Below, one piece after another: positions 10,237 to 18,434 of a DNA stretch of 36,928 nucleotides (its first letter is position 1; each line of letters starts with the position of its first letter). A program made the translations under genes and the position numbers. This DNA is from an uncultured Solibacteraceae bacterium (GTDB taxonomy: Bacteria; Acidobacteriota; Vicinamibacteria; Vicinamibacterales; SCN-69-37): assembly GCA_964627115.1 (NCBI GenBank), contig CAZVHY010000015.1, positions 1 to 36,928 on the forward strand. The letters are read 5' to 3'. The notes below the pieces were generated by a model. That model ran no database searches. It was not told the DNA's origin and saw nothing but the letters and a program-made list of their open reading frames with translations.

Positions 10237-11477
10237 TGGCGACCAGGGCGTTCGATCCCCAGTTCATGAAGGTGGGCCTGCTCACGGCGGCCCTGCAGGA
10301 GCTCACGCCACGCGAGGTGCGCGATCCCGATCCGGACAAGGCCATCGAGGAGTGGCTGACGTTCGCGAAGGACTGCGGCGCGAGCTACATTCAGCTCTCG
10401 TCGGCGTTGCACCCGAGTGAGTCGGACATCCCGGCGGAGGCGATGCTCGATCCGGTGGCCAACACGCTCGATCTGCGCCAGCCGTTCGACAAGATGCGCG
10501 CCACGCGTGTGCGCGCCGCGCTCGACGCGACCGGGGTCGGGATTTCCGATCTCGGCTACTTCGACAACCTGCTGCACCACGACCCGGCGATCCGCAAGAA
10601 GAAGCACGACTTCATGCTGCGCGTGTTCGACACGGCGGCGCTGCTCGGGGTCGACGCGGTGTGCGGCTTCGTCGGCCGCAACGTCGAGCGATCGATGGAT
10701 CAGAACCTCGTCGACTTCGAGCACTGGTTCATTCCGCTCCTGAAGGAAGCGAAGGCGCGCGGCATCACGTACCGCGTCGAGCAGTGCCCGATGCCGGGCT
10801 GGAACACGACGGACTTCTTCCACAACAACATCGCGTACGCGCCCGGGCCGTGGATTGCGCTGCACCGTATCTGCGAGAAGCACGGCGTCGGCGACAATTT
10901 CCGTATCCACTACGACCCGTCGCACGCGATTCTGATGGGGCAGGACACCCGCTCGATCTTCCAGTATCTGAAGGATCAGGGCTACGGCTTCCTCATCGGC
11001 GGCTTCCACGTGAAGGGGCAGGTCATCGATGCGGTCGGCGTGTCGGCCTGGGGCTACGGCGGCCAGTCGATCGAACGTGGCGACTGGAAGGACGGTCAGC
11101 CGTCGCCGAACCCGGCCGATCAGGCCAACGCGTGGAAGAAGCAGGTCATCCTCTGCGAGCACGAACTGCCGGGCACGGCGAAGCACGATCCGCTGGCGTA
11201 CCTGCAGAACCGCAGCGTCGACTGGCTCGATCACCAGCTGGCGGCGCGTGAACTGCTGTCGCTCGATGTCGCGAACACGCACCTCGTGGTCGAGCACGAG
11301 TACCCGAAGGCGCGCATCCAGGACAAGGCGCGGCTCCAGCCGATTCTGCAGGGATCGGTGGCCTTCGTGCGCGCCATCGACCAGGCTGCGGCGTGCATGT
11401 ATGCGCTGCAGCACGAGGTGCTGGCCGCGCAGGGCATCCCTGCGCAGGGTATCGGCCGTCAGGCGTACCGGTCCTAG
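10236..11477 (+). CDS. Sugar phosphate isomerase/epimerase (xylose-isomerase-like TIM barrel), long 413-aa form
   Basis: The ATG at 10236 shares its A with the upstream TGA (TGATG), suggesting translational coupling. The TIM-barrel family pattern is present (YIQLSS, GFVGRN, YRVEQCP, IHYDPSH). The N-terminal 107 aa of ORF 9915..11477 are rejected because they overlap the upstream gene. Confidence 0.8.
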   Translation: MATRAFDPQFMKVGLLTAALQELTPREVRDPDPDKAIEEWLTFAKDCGASYIQLSSALHPSESDIPAEAMLDPVANTLDLRQPFDKMRATRVRAALDATGVGISDLGYFDNLLHHDPAIRKKKHDFMLRVFDTAALLGVDAVCGFVGRNVERSMDQNLVDFEHWFIPLLKEAKARGITYRVEQCPMPGWNTTDFFHNNIAYAPGPWIALHRICEKHGVGDNFRIHYDPSHAILMGQDTRSIFQYLKDQGYGFLIGGFHVKGQVIDAVGVSAWGYGGQSIERGDWKDGQPSPNPADQANAWKKQVILCEHELPGTAKHDPLAYLQNRSVDWLDHQLAARELLSLDVANTHLVVEHEYPKARIQDKARLQPILQGSVAFVRAIDQAAACMYALQHEVLAAQGIPAQGIGRQAYRS

Positions 11478-11501
11478 CGACCTTTTCACGGAGAGTCGGT
11501 C

Positions 11502-13007
11502 ATTCCTGTTCTTGGCATCGACATCGGTACGAGCGGCTCGCGCGCTCTCGTGGTCGACGACGCCGGCACCATCGTGGCGTCGTCGACGAAACCTCATGTG
11601 CCGTTCGCGTCACCTGGTCCCGCGTGGGCGGAGCAGGATCCGGCCGACTGGTGGCAGGCCGCCGTTGGCGCCACGAAAGCGGCGCTCGCCGCGAGTGGCC
11701 TGAAGGCGTCCGACATCCAGGCGATTGGCCTGTCCGGCCAGATGCACGGCGCCGTGCTGCTCGACGCGCGCGGCGACGTGCTGCGGCCGTCGATCATCTG
11801 GTGCGATCAGCGCACGGCGGAGGAGTGCCGCTGGCTCGATCGCACGGTCGGCGCGTCGCGCCTGATCGAGCTGACGTCGAATCCGGCGCTCACGAACTTC
11901 ACGCTGACCAAGCTGCTGTGGGTGCGCACGCACGAGCCGGAGATCTGGGCGCGCGTGCGGCACGTGCTGCTGCCGAAGGACTACGTGCGGTTCAAGCTCA
12001 GCGGCGCGCACGCGATCGACGTCGCCGACGCGTCGGGCACGCTGATGCTCGACGTCGCAAAACGGCAGTGGTCCGACGAGATGCTCGCCGCGTGCGACAT
12101 CAAGCGCGAGATCCTGCCGGAGGTGTTCGAGTCGCCGGCGGTCAGCGCGACGCTGTCGGCGGAAGCCGCGGCTACGCTCGGCCTCGTGGCGGGCACGCCG
12201 ATCGTTGCTGGTGCCGGTGACCAGGCGGCCGGCGCTGTTGGCATGGGCATCACGGCGCCCGGCACGGTCTCGGTCACCATCGGCACGTCAGGCGTCGTCT
12301 TTGCGGCCACCGAACGGCCGGCGCTCGATCGCAAGGGGCGCATCCACACGTTCTGTCACGCCATTCCCGGACGCTGGCACGTGATGGGCGTCACGCAGGC
12401 GGCCGGGCTGTCGTTGCGCTGGCTCCGCGATCAGTGGGGCGTGGGGAACGACGATGCGGCGTACGAGCAGATGACGAAGGAAGCGGCGGCCATACCCGCT
12501 GGTTCCGATGGTGTGCTCTGGGCGCCGTATCTGATGGGCGAGCGCACGCCGCACACCGATCCCGATGTGCGCGGCGCTCTGCTCGGCCTGGCGGCCAGCC
12601 ACACGCGCGGGCACGTCACGCGCGCGGTGCTCGAAGGCGTGGCGTTCAGCCTGCGCGACAGCTTCGGCATCTTCGACGAGCTGCAGGTGCCGGTCACGCG
12701 CGTGCGTGTCGGCGGTGGCGGCGCGCGGTCGTCGCTCTGGCGGAGCATCCAGGCCGCCGTCTACAACCATGCCGTCGAGCGGCTTGCGGCCGAGGAAGGC
12801 GCGGCGTACGGCGCGGCGCTGCTCGCGGGCGTCGGCGCGGGCGTGTGGCCGACGGTGGATGCGGCCTGCGAGGCGGTCGTCCGAACGAAGGACGTCACGG
12901 CGCCCGACGAGGCGGCGGCCAAGGTGCTCGATCAACGGTACGCCGAGTTCCGGCGTGTGTATCCTGCGCTCCGGTCGGTGTACCAGGGCGCTTCTTCCCA
13001 GTCCTGA
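11502..13007 (+). CDS. xylB: Xylulokinase (FGGY family); start probably a non-canonical ATT
   Basis: FGGY kinase motifs run throughout (GLSGQMHG, WCDQR, GGGDQAAGAVG, GGGARS). The essential N-terminal phosphate-1 motif LGIDIGTSG (11511-11537) lies upstream of the first canonical start, GTG 11550. Between the in-frame TAG (11475) and 11550 the only plausible start is ATT 11502, placed 6 nt after GGAGAG (11490-11495). Confidence 0.8.
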   Translation: MPVLGIDIGTSGSRALVVDDAGTIVASSTKPHVPFASPGPAWAEQDPADWWQAAVGATKAALAASGLKASDIQAIGLSGQMHGAVLLDARGDVLRPSIIWCDQRTAEECRWLDRTVGASRLIELTSNPALTNFTLTKLLWVRTHEPEIWARVRHVLLPKDYVRFKLSGAHAIDVADASGTLMLDVAKRQWSDEMLAACDIKREILPEVFESPAVSATLSAEAAATLGLVAGTPIVAGAGDQAAGAVGMGITAPGTVSVTIGTSGVVFAATERPALDRKGRIHTFCHAIPGRWHVMGVTQAAGLSLRWLRDQWGVGNDDAAYEQMTKEAAAIPAGSDGVLWAPYLMGERTPHTDPDVRGALLGLAASHTRGHVTRAVLEGVAFSLRDSFGIFDELQVPVTRVRVGGGGARSSLWRSIQAAVYNHAVERLAAEEGAAYGAALLAGVGAGVWPTVDAACEAVVRTKDVTAPDEAAAKVLDQRYAEFRRVYPALRSVYQGASSQS

Positions 13008-13016
13008 GAGGTTTGC

Positions 13017-14183
13017 ATGTCGGATTCGTATACTCCCCGCCCCGAACACAAGTTTTCCTTCGGTCTCTGGACCGTCGCCAATCGCGGGCGTGATCCGTTC
13101 GGCACCGAAGTGCGTCCGGTGCTCGACCCGGTCGATGCGGCGGCCCTGCTCGGTGAGGTCGGCGCCTGGGGCGTGAACCTGCACGACAACGACCTGGTGC
13201 CCATCGACGCCACGTCGTCCGAGCGCGACACCATCGTTCGCAACTTCAAGAAGGCGTGCGAGCAGAACGGCCTCGTCGTGCCGATGGCGACCGTGTCGCT
13301 CTTCACCGATCCGATCTTCAAGGACGGCGCGTTTACGGCCAACGATCCGGCGGTGCGCGCCTTCGCGGTGCAGAAGACGATGCGCGCGATGGACCTCGGT
13401 GCGGAGCTCGGCGCGGAGACGTTCGTGCTGTGGGGCGGTCGTGAGGGGACGGAGACCGACGCCTGCCGCCGGGCCGATGATGCGGTGAAGCGGCTGCGCG
13501 AGGCGATCGACTTCCTCTGCGAGTACTCGATCGACAGGAAGTACGGCTACCGGTTCGCGCTCGAAGCGAAGCCGAACGAGCCGCGCGGCGACATCTACAT
13601 GGCCACGACGGGCAACTACCTGGGCCTGATCCCGACGCTCGCGCACCCGGAACTCGTCGGTGTCAACCCCGAGGTGGCGCACGAAACGATGGCGGGTCTG
13701 AACTTCACGCACGCGGTGGCGCAGGCGTGGGAAGCCGGCAAGCTGTTCCACATCGATCTCAACGATCAGGTGATCGGCCGGTACGATCAGGACTTCCGTT
13801 TCGGCGCGGCCAACCCGAAGAACGCGTTCTTCCTCGTGAAGTTCCTCGAGGACGTGGGCTACGACGGCCCGCGGCACTTCGACGCGCACGCGTACCGCAC
13901 CGAGGACTACGAGGGTGTGAAGGACTTCGCGCGCGGCTGCATGCGCACCTACCTGATCCTCAAGGAGAAGGCGAAGCGCTGGAACGAGGACAAGGAGATC
14001 CAGGCGATCGTCAAGGCCGCACACGAGTCCGTCGATCCGGCACCAGCCGTCGGCAAATACTCGTCCTCGCAGCGCGACACCGTGCTCAACGCGTCGTTCG
14101 ACCGGACGAAGATCGCCGCGCGTGGCCTGGCGTACGAGAAGCTCGATCAGCTCACGATCGAGGTGTTGCTGGGAGTGAGGTAA
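13017..14183 (+). CDS. xylA: Xylose isomerase, class I (short, actinobacterial/Thermus type)
   Basis: 388 aa with SD GAGAGG. Strong class I pattern ([52 protein letters not shown]). Confidence 0.95.
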   Translation: MSDSYTPRPEHKFSFGLWTVANRGRDPFGTEVRPVLDPVDAAALLGEVGAWGVNLHDNDLVPIDATSSERDTIVRNFKKACEQNGLVVPMATVSLFTDPIFKDGAFTANDPAVRAFAVQKTMRAMDLGAELGAETFVLWGGREGTETDACRRADDAVKRLREAIDFLCEYSIDRKYGYRFALEAKPNEPRGDIYMATTGNYLGLIPTLAHPELVGVNPEVAHETMAGLNFTHAVAQAWEAGKLFHIDLNDQVIGRYDQDFRFGAANPKNAFFLVKFLEDVGYDGPRHFDAHAYRTEDYEGVKDFARGCMRTYLILKEKAKRWNEDKEIQAIVKAAHESVDPAPAVGKYSSSQRDTVLNASFDRTKIAARGLAYEKLDQLTIEVLLGVR

Positions 14184-14200
14184 AGGCGGGAAGGCGGCGG

Positions 14201-14229
14201 GCTGGGAGGAGGCTGGAAGGCCTCCCAGC
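14201..14229 (+). terminator. Hairpin downstream of xylA
   Basis: GCTGGGAGG (14201-14209), an 11-nt loop, then CCTCCCAGC (14221-14229), followed by CTTCT. Confidence 0.4.
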
Positions 14230-14233
14230 CTTC

Positions 14234-14239
14234 TATAAT
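14234..14239 (+). promoter_or_regulatory. Consensus -10 box TATAAT positioned for a leaderless transcript of the next gene
   Basis: TATAAT (14234-14239), 7 nt (CATCCCC), then ATG 14247. There is no SD. Confidence 0.35.
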
Positions 14240-14246
14240 CATCCCC

Positions 14247-14963
14247 ATGCCCAGCGAACAGCAGATTCGCGATGCGGTGGATCGGTTTCTCGCGCAGGCG
14301 CGGCAGGACATCGATACCCGTCTGGAAACTCTGGCGGCGGAGCTGCTGCAGTTTGCGCGCGAGGATCAGGCCAGCGGGATTGTTCCGGTGGAACGGGCCG
14401 CCATCGAGGTGGCGCGCGCCGTCGGGCGTGGTGGCGCGCACGCGCGGCACGATCTGATTTCGCGCGTCATCACCGCGGTACGGCGGCTCGACGAGGCGAC
14501 GACGTTGCGCGGCGTCCTCGACGCGCTGGCGGAAGGCGCCGCAGCGGAAACCGTGCGTTCGGCCGTGCTGCTCGTCGACGGCGAGTGGCTGCGCAGCTAT
14601 CGGCACTACGGCTACGATCGGGCGTCAGCCCCCGAAGACCTCCGCATGGACGCGTCGCCGCTGCTGGCCGGCGTCGTCGACACCAGGAGTACGGCGCCAC
14701 TCGAACCGCCGACCGCGCGCACCGAACGCACGCGGCCCGTGTTCCTTCGCGTGCTGCCGGGACGCGTTGGTCTGGCCATGCCGCTCGTACTCGCGCAGCA
14801 GGTCGTGGCCATTGTCTTCGCCGAGGGCGCTGCGCGGCAGCCGCACGAACCGGGGGAGCCGGTGTGGACCGAGCAGGTCGAAGTGCTCGTACGTCATGCG
14901 GCCGCGCGCCTCGAGAACGTGACCTCTCTCCGTACGGTCGAGGTCCTGTCCAACCCGTCGTGA
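14247..14963 (+). CDS. Hypothetical protein with N-terminal helical region and C-terminal GAF-like domain
   Basis: 238 aa with coding-like G/C third positions. The C-terminal half resembles a GAF fold (LDEATTLRGVLDALAEGAAAE...AVLLVDGEWL...GLAMPLVL..QVVAIVFAEG). The family call is tentative. Confidence 0.55.
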   Translation: MPSEQQIRDAVDRFLAQARQDIDTRLETLAAELLQFAREDQASGIVPVERAAIEVARAVGRGGAHARHDLISRVITAVRRLDEATTLRGVLDALAEGAAAETVRSAVLLVDGEWLRSYRHYGYDRASAPEDLRMDASPLLAGVVDTRSTAPLEPPTARTERTRPVFLRVLPGRVGLAMPLVLAQQVVAIVFAEGAARQPHEPGEPVWTEQVEVLVRHAAARLENVTSLRTVEVLSNPS

Positions 14964-14973
14964 GTGGGTGTTG

Positions 14974-17151
14974 ATGACGACGACCACCGTGCGCCTGTCG
15001 TTGTCGTTGGCCGCCGTCGTGGCGGCGGGAGGCGTCTGGTCGTGGACGTCGACCAGCGAGCCGGGAACGACGCCGGTCGATGCGGCGCTTCCGGCCGTGT
15101 CCGTGCTCGCGTCGCCGCAGCGCGACTGGACCGAGGCCGATCTCTGGCTGGCACCCGCGCCCGGTCCGCTCGGCGACATGGTGGCAGGACAGGCCGTGGC
15201 GCTTCTGACGGAAGGGCGCGCCGAGCAGGCGATGGCGCTGCTCGCCGGGGCGCGTCCCGATCCCGTCATCGCGCCGTACGTCGAACTGCACCGCGGCCGC
15301 GCCGCCCTGGCGCTCGAACGCGCTGAGGACGCCGCCGGTATCGCGCGCCGGATCCTCGACGTCACACCCGGTGGGCACGTCGGCGAATCGGCCTTGTGGC
15401 TGCTGGCCGAGTCTCTCGAGAAGACGGAACGATGGGCCGATGCCGTGACGGCATGGCAGGCACTCGACGGCCTGTCGTCGTCGATGCCCGCGCGCGTGGC
15501 GTTGCGCCTGGCGCAGGCGGCCGAGAAGGCCGGCAATCGCGCCGTGGCCGGCGACGCGTACGCGCGTGTCTACTTCGAGCGGCCCGCGTCGCCCGAGGCG
15601 CGCGCCGCGGAAGCGGCGCTCGCACGGTTTCCGGTGACGCGCAGTGCCGAGACCGTACCGCGGGAGCTTGCGCGCGCCGATCGCCTGTTCGACGCGCGTC
15701 GTTTCGCCGACGCGCACCGCACGTACGAGCAGGTCCACGCGCGCACCGCCGGGAGCGACCGGCGGCGCGTCGAGCTGCGGCTCGCGCAGTGCGACGTTCA
15801 TCTGCAGCGATACGCCCGCGGCCTCGAGGGATTGAACGCGTACCTCCGGCGCGACGACGCGCCGTCGAAAGTCGAGGCGCGATACGTCGTGCTCACCGCG
15901 CTCCGCGGATCGAAACGTGCGGACTATGCGGCGGAAGTGAATCGCTTCGTCCGCGACCATCCCGGGCACCTGCTGGCCGAAGCGGCGCTGAACGACCTGG
16001 CGACGCACTACATCCTCGCCAGCAACGACGCGCGCGCCGCGCAGGTGTTCACGGACATGTACGCGCGGTTCCCCGAGGGCACGTTCGCCGACCGCGCGGC
16101 CTGGCGCGCGGGCTGGTGGGCATATCGCCAGGACAACTATCGCGAAACGATCCGGCTCTTCGAATCGGCTGCCACGACGCACCGCCGTGCCGACTACCGG
16201 CCCGCGTGGCTCTACTGGACGGCGCGGTCGTACGAGGCGATCGGACAACGCGATACGGCTCGTTTGTGGTACCTGCGCGCCATCGCCGACTATCGCAACT
16301 CGTACTACGGCCGTGAGGCCACCCACGCGTATCGCGAGATGACGGGTACGTTGCCCCCAGCGGCCGAGGTGGCCGCCGAGCGCGATCCCGCCAGGGCCGT
16401 GGTTGCCGGCACGCCGCCTCCGAACGCCCCGCTCGTCACGCGTCTGCTCGACAACGGACTCTGGGACGATGCGATCGCCGAGCTCCGCCGCGTGCAGACC
16501 ACCGGCGGCACGACGCCAGTGATCGAGGCGACCATCGCATACGCGTTCAATCGGAAAGGCGAGCTGCGACCGGCCATCACGGCCATGCGCCGCGCCTATC
16601 CGCAGTTCATGTCCGACGGTGGGGAAGCGCTGCCCGAGCGGCTGCTGAAAGTCATCTTTCCCGTGGCGCACTGGGACACCATCCGCCGGTACGCGGCCGA
16701 TCGAGAGCTCGACCTCTTTCTCGTCACCGCGCTCGTGGCCCAGGAATCGACGTTTCAGGCCGAAGTCGTCTCGTCGGCCAACGCGGTCGGGTTGATGCAG
16801 CTGCTGCCGTCGACGGGACGTCAATACGCGCGCACGCTCGGCATTGCCGGGTTCACGCCTGCGGCGTTGACCAACCCGGAGACGAACGTGCGCCTGGGGA
16901 CGGCGTACCTGTCGGCGCTGCTGTCGCGCTACCGCAGGGACGTGGCGCCGGCGCTGGCGGCGTACAACGCCGGGGAGAGCCGCGTGGATCGATGGCGCGC
17001 GGAACGGCCGGGTGTGCCGCGCGACGAGTTCATCGACGACATTCCTTTTCCCGAGACGCAGAACTACGTGAAGCGCATCATCGGCACGACTGAAGACTAC
17101 CGACTCCTCTACGGCGCGGACGCCGGCGCCGCTCCCGTTCGTTCGCGATGA
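14974..17151 (+). CDS. Soluble lytic murein transglycosylase (Slt70-like: superhelical TPR-like domain plus GH23 SLT domain)
   Basis: About 725 aa. GTG 14968, TTG 14971 and ATG 14974 are consecutive possible starts. It has a signal/anchor sequence. The SLT catalytic motif is LVAQESTFQ...GLMQLLPSTG...AYNAG. Confidence 0.85.
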   Translation: MTTTTVRLSLSLAAVVAAGGVWSWTSTSEPGTTPVDAALPAVSVLASPQRDWTEADLWLAPAPGPLGDMVAGQAVALLTEGRAEQAMALLAGARPDPVIAPYVELHRGRAALALERAEDAAGIARRILDVTPGGHVGESALWLLAESLEKTERWADAVTAWQALDGLSSSMPARVALRLAQAAEKAGNRAVAGDAYARVYFERPASPEARAAEAALARFPVTRSAETVPRELARADRLFDARRFADAHRTYEQVHARTAGSDRRRVELRLAQCDVHLQRYARGLEGLNAYLRRDDAPSKVEARYVVLTALRGSKRADYAAEVNRFVRDHPGHLLAEAALNDLATHYILASNDARAAQVFTDMYARFPEGTFADRAAWRAGWWAYRQDNYRETIRLFESAATTHRRADYRPAWLYWTARSYEAIGQRDTARLWYLRAIADYRNSYYGREATHAYREMTGTLPPAAEVAAERDPARAVVAGTPPPNAPLVTRLLDNGLWDDAIAELRRVQTTGGTTPVIEATIAYAFNRKGELRPAITAMRRAYPQFMSDGGEALPERLLKVIFPVAHWDTIRRYAADRELDLFLVTALVAQESTFQAEVVSSANAVGLMQLLPSTGRQYARTLGIAGFTPAALTNPETNVRLGTAYLSALLSRYRRDVAPALAAYNAGESRVDRWRAERPGVPRDEFIDDIPFPETQNYVKRIIGTTEDYRLLYGADAGAAPVRSR

Positions 17152-18353
17152 ATCCCTCGTCCACGCCGTTGGCTGGCCGACGCCCGCGTACGTCGCAGAA
17201 GGCCGCGCGATTCACCGAGTCGGTCATCCGCGAGATGACGCGTCTCGCCCAGGCGCATGGCGCGATCAACCTTTCGCAGGGATTCCCGGATTTCCCGGCT
17301 CCGGATCACCTGAAGCGTGCGGCCGCGCTCGCCATCGACGGCGACGTCAATCAGTATGCCGTCACGTGGGGCGCGAAGGGCCTGCGCGACGCGATTGCCG
17401 CCGACTGGGAGCGGCGCGTGGGCACGGCGATCGACCCCGATCGTCAGGTCACCGTCTGCTGCGGCTCTACGGAGGCGATGATCGCGACGCTGCTCGCGAT
17501 TGTGGATCCGGGCGATGAAGTGATCGTCTTCGAGCCGTTCTACGAGAACTACGGCCCGGATGCGATTCTCTCGGGCGCCACGCCGCGGTTCGTGCGGCTG
17601 CACCCGCCGACGGGGCCTGGCGCCGCATGGACGTTCGATCCCGACGAACTGCGCGCGGCGTTTTCCACGCGCACGCGGGCCATCATCATCAACACGCCGA
17701 ACAACCCGACGGGGAAGGTCTTCACGCGAGCGGAACTCGAGGAGATTGCCGCGCTCGCCCGCGAATGGGACGTCACGGTCGTGACCGACGAAATCTACGA
17801 CCACATCGTCTTCGACGATGCGGTGCACGTACCGATGGCGTCACTCGAGGGAATGGCCGAGCGGACGGTGACCATCAACAGCATCTCCAAGACGTTCAGC
17901 GTGACTGGATGGCGTGTCGGCTGGGCCGTGGCACCGGCGGAGATTGCCGGTGCGATTCGCAAGGTGCACGACTTCCTGACGGTTGGCGCTGCGGCGCCGC
18001 TGCAGGCGGCGGCTGCGCAGGCGCTGGGGGGACCGGCGTCGTACTACACCGAGCTCGCGGCCTCGTATAGGCGACGACGCGAGCGGCTGATGGACATCCT
18101 GACGGGCGCCGGCTTCACCTGCCACCGGCCCGAGGGCGCGTACTACATCATGACGGACATCGGCGGCCTCGGATGGGACGACGATGTCGCGTTCGTCAGA
18201 CACCTGGTGACGGAGATTGGCGTGGCTGCCGTGCCGGGGAGCAGTTTCTTCAGCGATCCCGCGCACTGCCGGCGCCACGTGCGCTTCTGTTTCTGCAAGA
18301 GGGACGAGACGCTCGATGCGGCGGAAGAGCGACTGCGGCGTCTCCAGAAATAA
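17148..18353 (+). CDS. Class I/II pyridoxal-phosphate-dependent aminotransferase (YbdL/kynurenine-aminotransferase-like)
   Basis: 401 aa. ATGA overlap with the slt stop. Motifs include INLSQGFPDFP, NTPNNPTGKVF and the PLP-lysine motif SISKTFSVTGWRVGW. Confidence 0.9.
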   Translation: MNPSSTPLAGRRPRTSQKAARFTESVIREMTRLAQAHGAINLSQGFPDFPAPDHLKRAAALAIDGDVNQYAVTWGAKGLRDAIAADWERRVGTAIDPDRQVTVCCGSTEAMIATLLAIVDPGDEVIVFEPFYENYGPDAILSGATPRFVRLHPPTGPGAAWTFDPDELRAAFSTRTRAIIINTPNNPTGKVFTRAELEEIAALAREWDVTVVTDEIYDHIVFDDAVHVPMASLEGMAERTVTINSISKTFSVTGWRVGWAVAPAEIAGAIRKVHDFLTVGAAAPLQAAAAQALGGPASYYTELAASYRRRRERLMDILTGAGFTCHRPEGAYYIMTDIGGLGWDDDVAFVRHLVTEIGVAAVPGSSFFSDPAHCRRHVRFCFCKRDETLDAAEERLRRLQK

Positions 18354-18354
18354 C

Positions 18355-18385
18355 GAGGGCCGGGCAAGTCGTCCGCCCGGCCCTC
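18355..18385 (+). terminator. Perfect 11-bp GC hairpin after the aminotransferase gene
   Basis: GAGGGCCGGGC (18355-18365), a 9-nt loop, then GCCCGGCCCTC (18375-18385). There is no clear U-tract. Confidence 0.45.
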
Positions 18386-18396
18386 GCGTGTCGCTG

Positions 18397-18422
18397 TAGG
18401 GGCGACGCATGCGTCGCCCCTA
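18397..18422. repeat. REP-like perfect 26-nt palindrome TAGGGGCGACGCATGCGTCGCCCCTA
   Basis: Direct reading. It shares the GTAGGGGCG...CGCCCCTA ends with the elements at 26311-26336 and 32041-32098. It sits between convergent genes. Confidence 0.6.
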
Positions 18423-18434
18423 TGGTGTCTGTGT

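Noticed and set aside
11475-11477. Programmed TAG readthrough or recoding that would fuse the TIM-barrel protein to XylB, and analogously TAA readthrough from thrS into infC
   Set aside because: A shared frame is expected by chance in one of three cases. Both downstream genes have well-placed SD sequences before AUH codons, and no recoding signals were seen. It is kept only as an alternative within the xylB finding.
12288-14606. 772-aa minus-strand ORF spanning xylB/xylA. Similar long antisense ORFs include 957..2315+, 2412..4298+, 10158..11597-, 14470..16824-, 18528..20003+, 24366..26936- and 33663..35195+.
   Set aside because: These are artefacts of high GC, where stop codons are rare in antisense frames. 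The products are Arg/Ala/Gly/His-rich low-complexity sequence with no domain signatures. Each lies opposite a gene with strong homology-type motifs.
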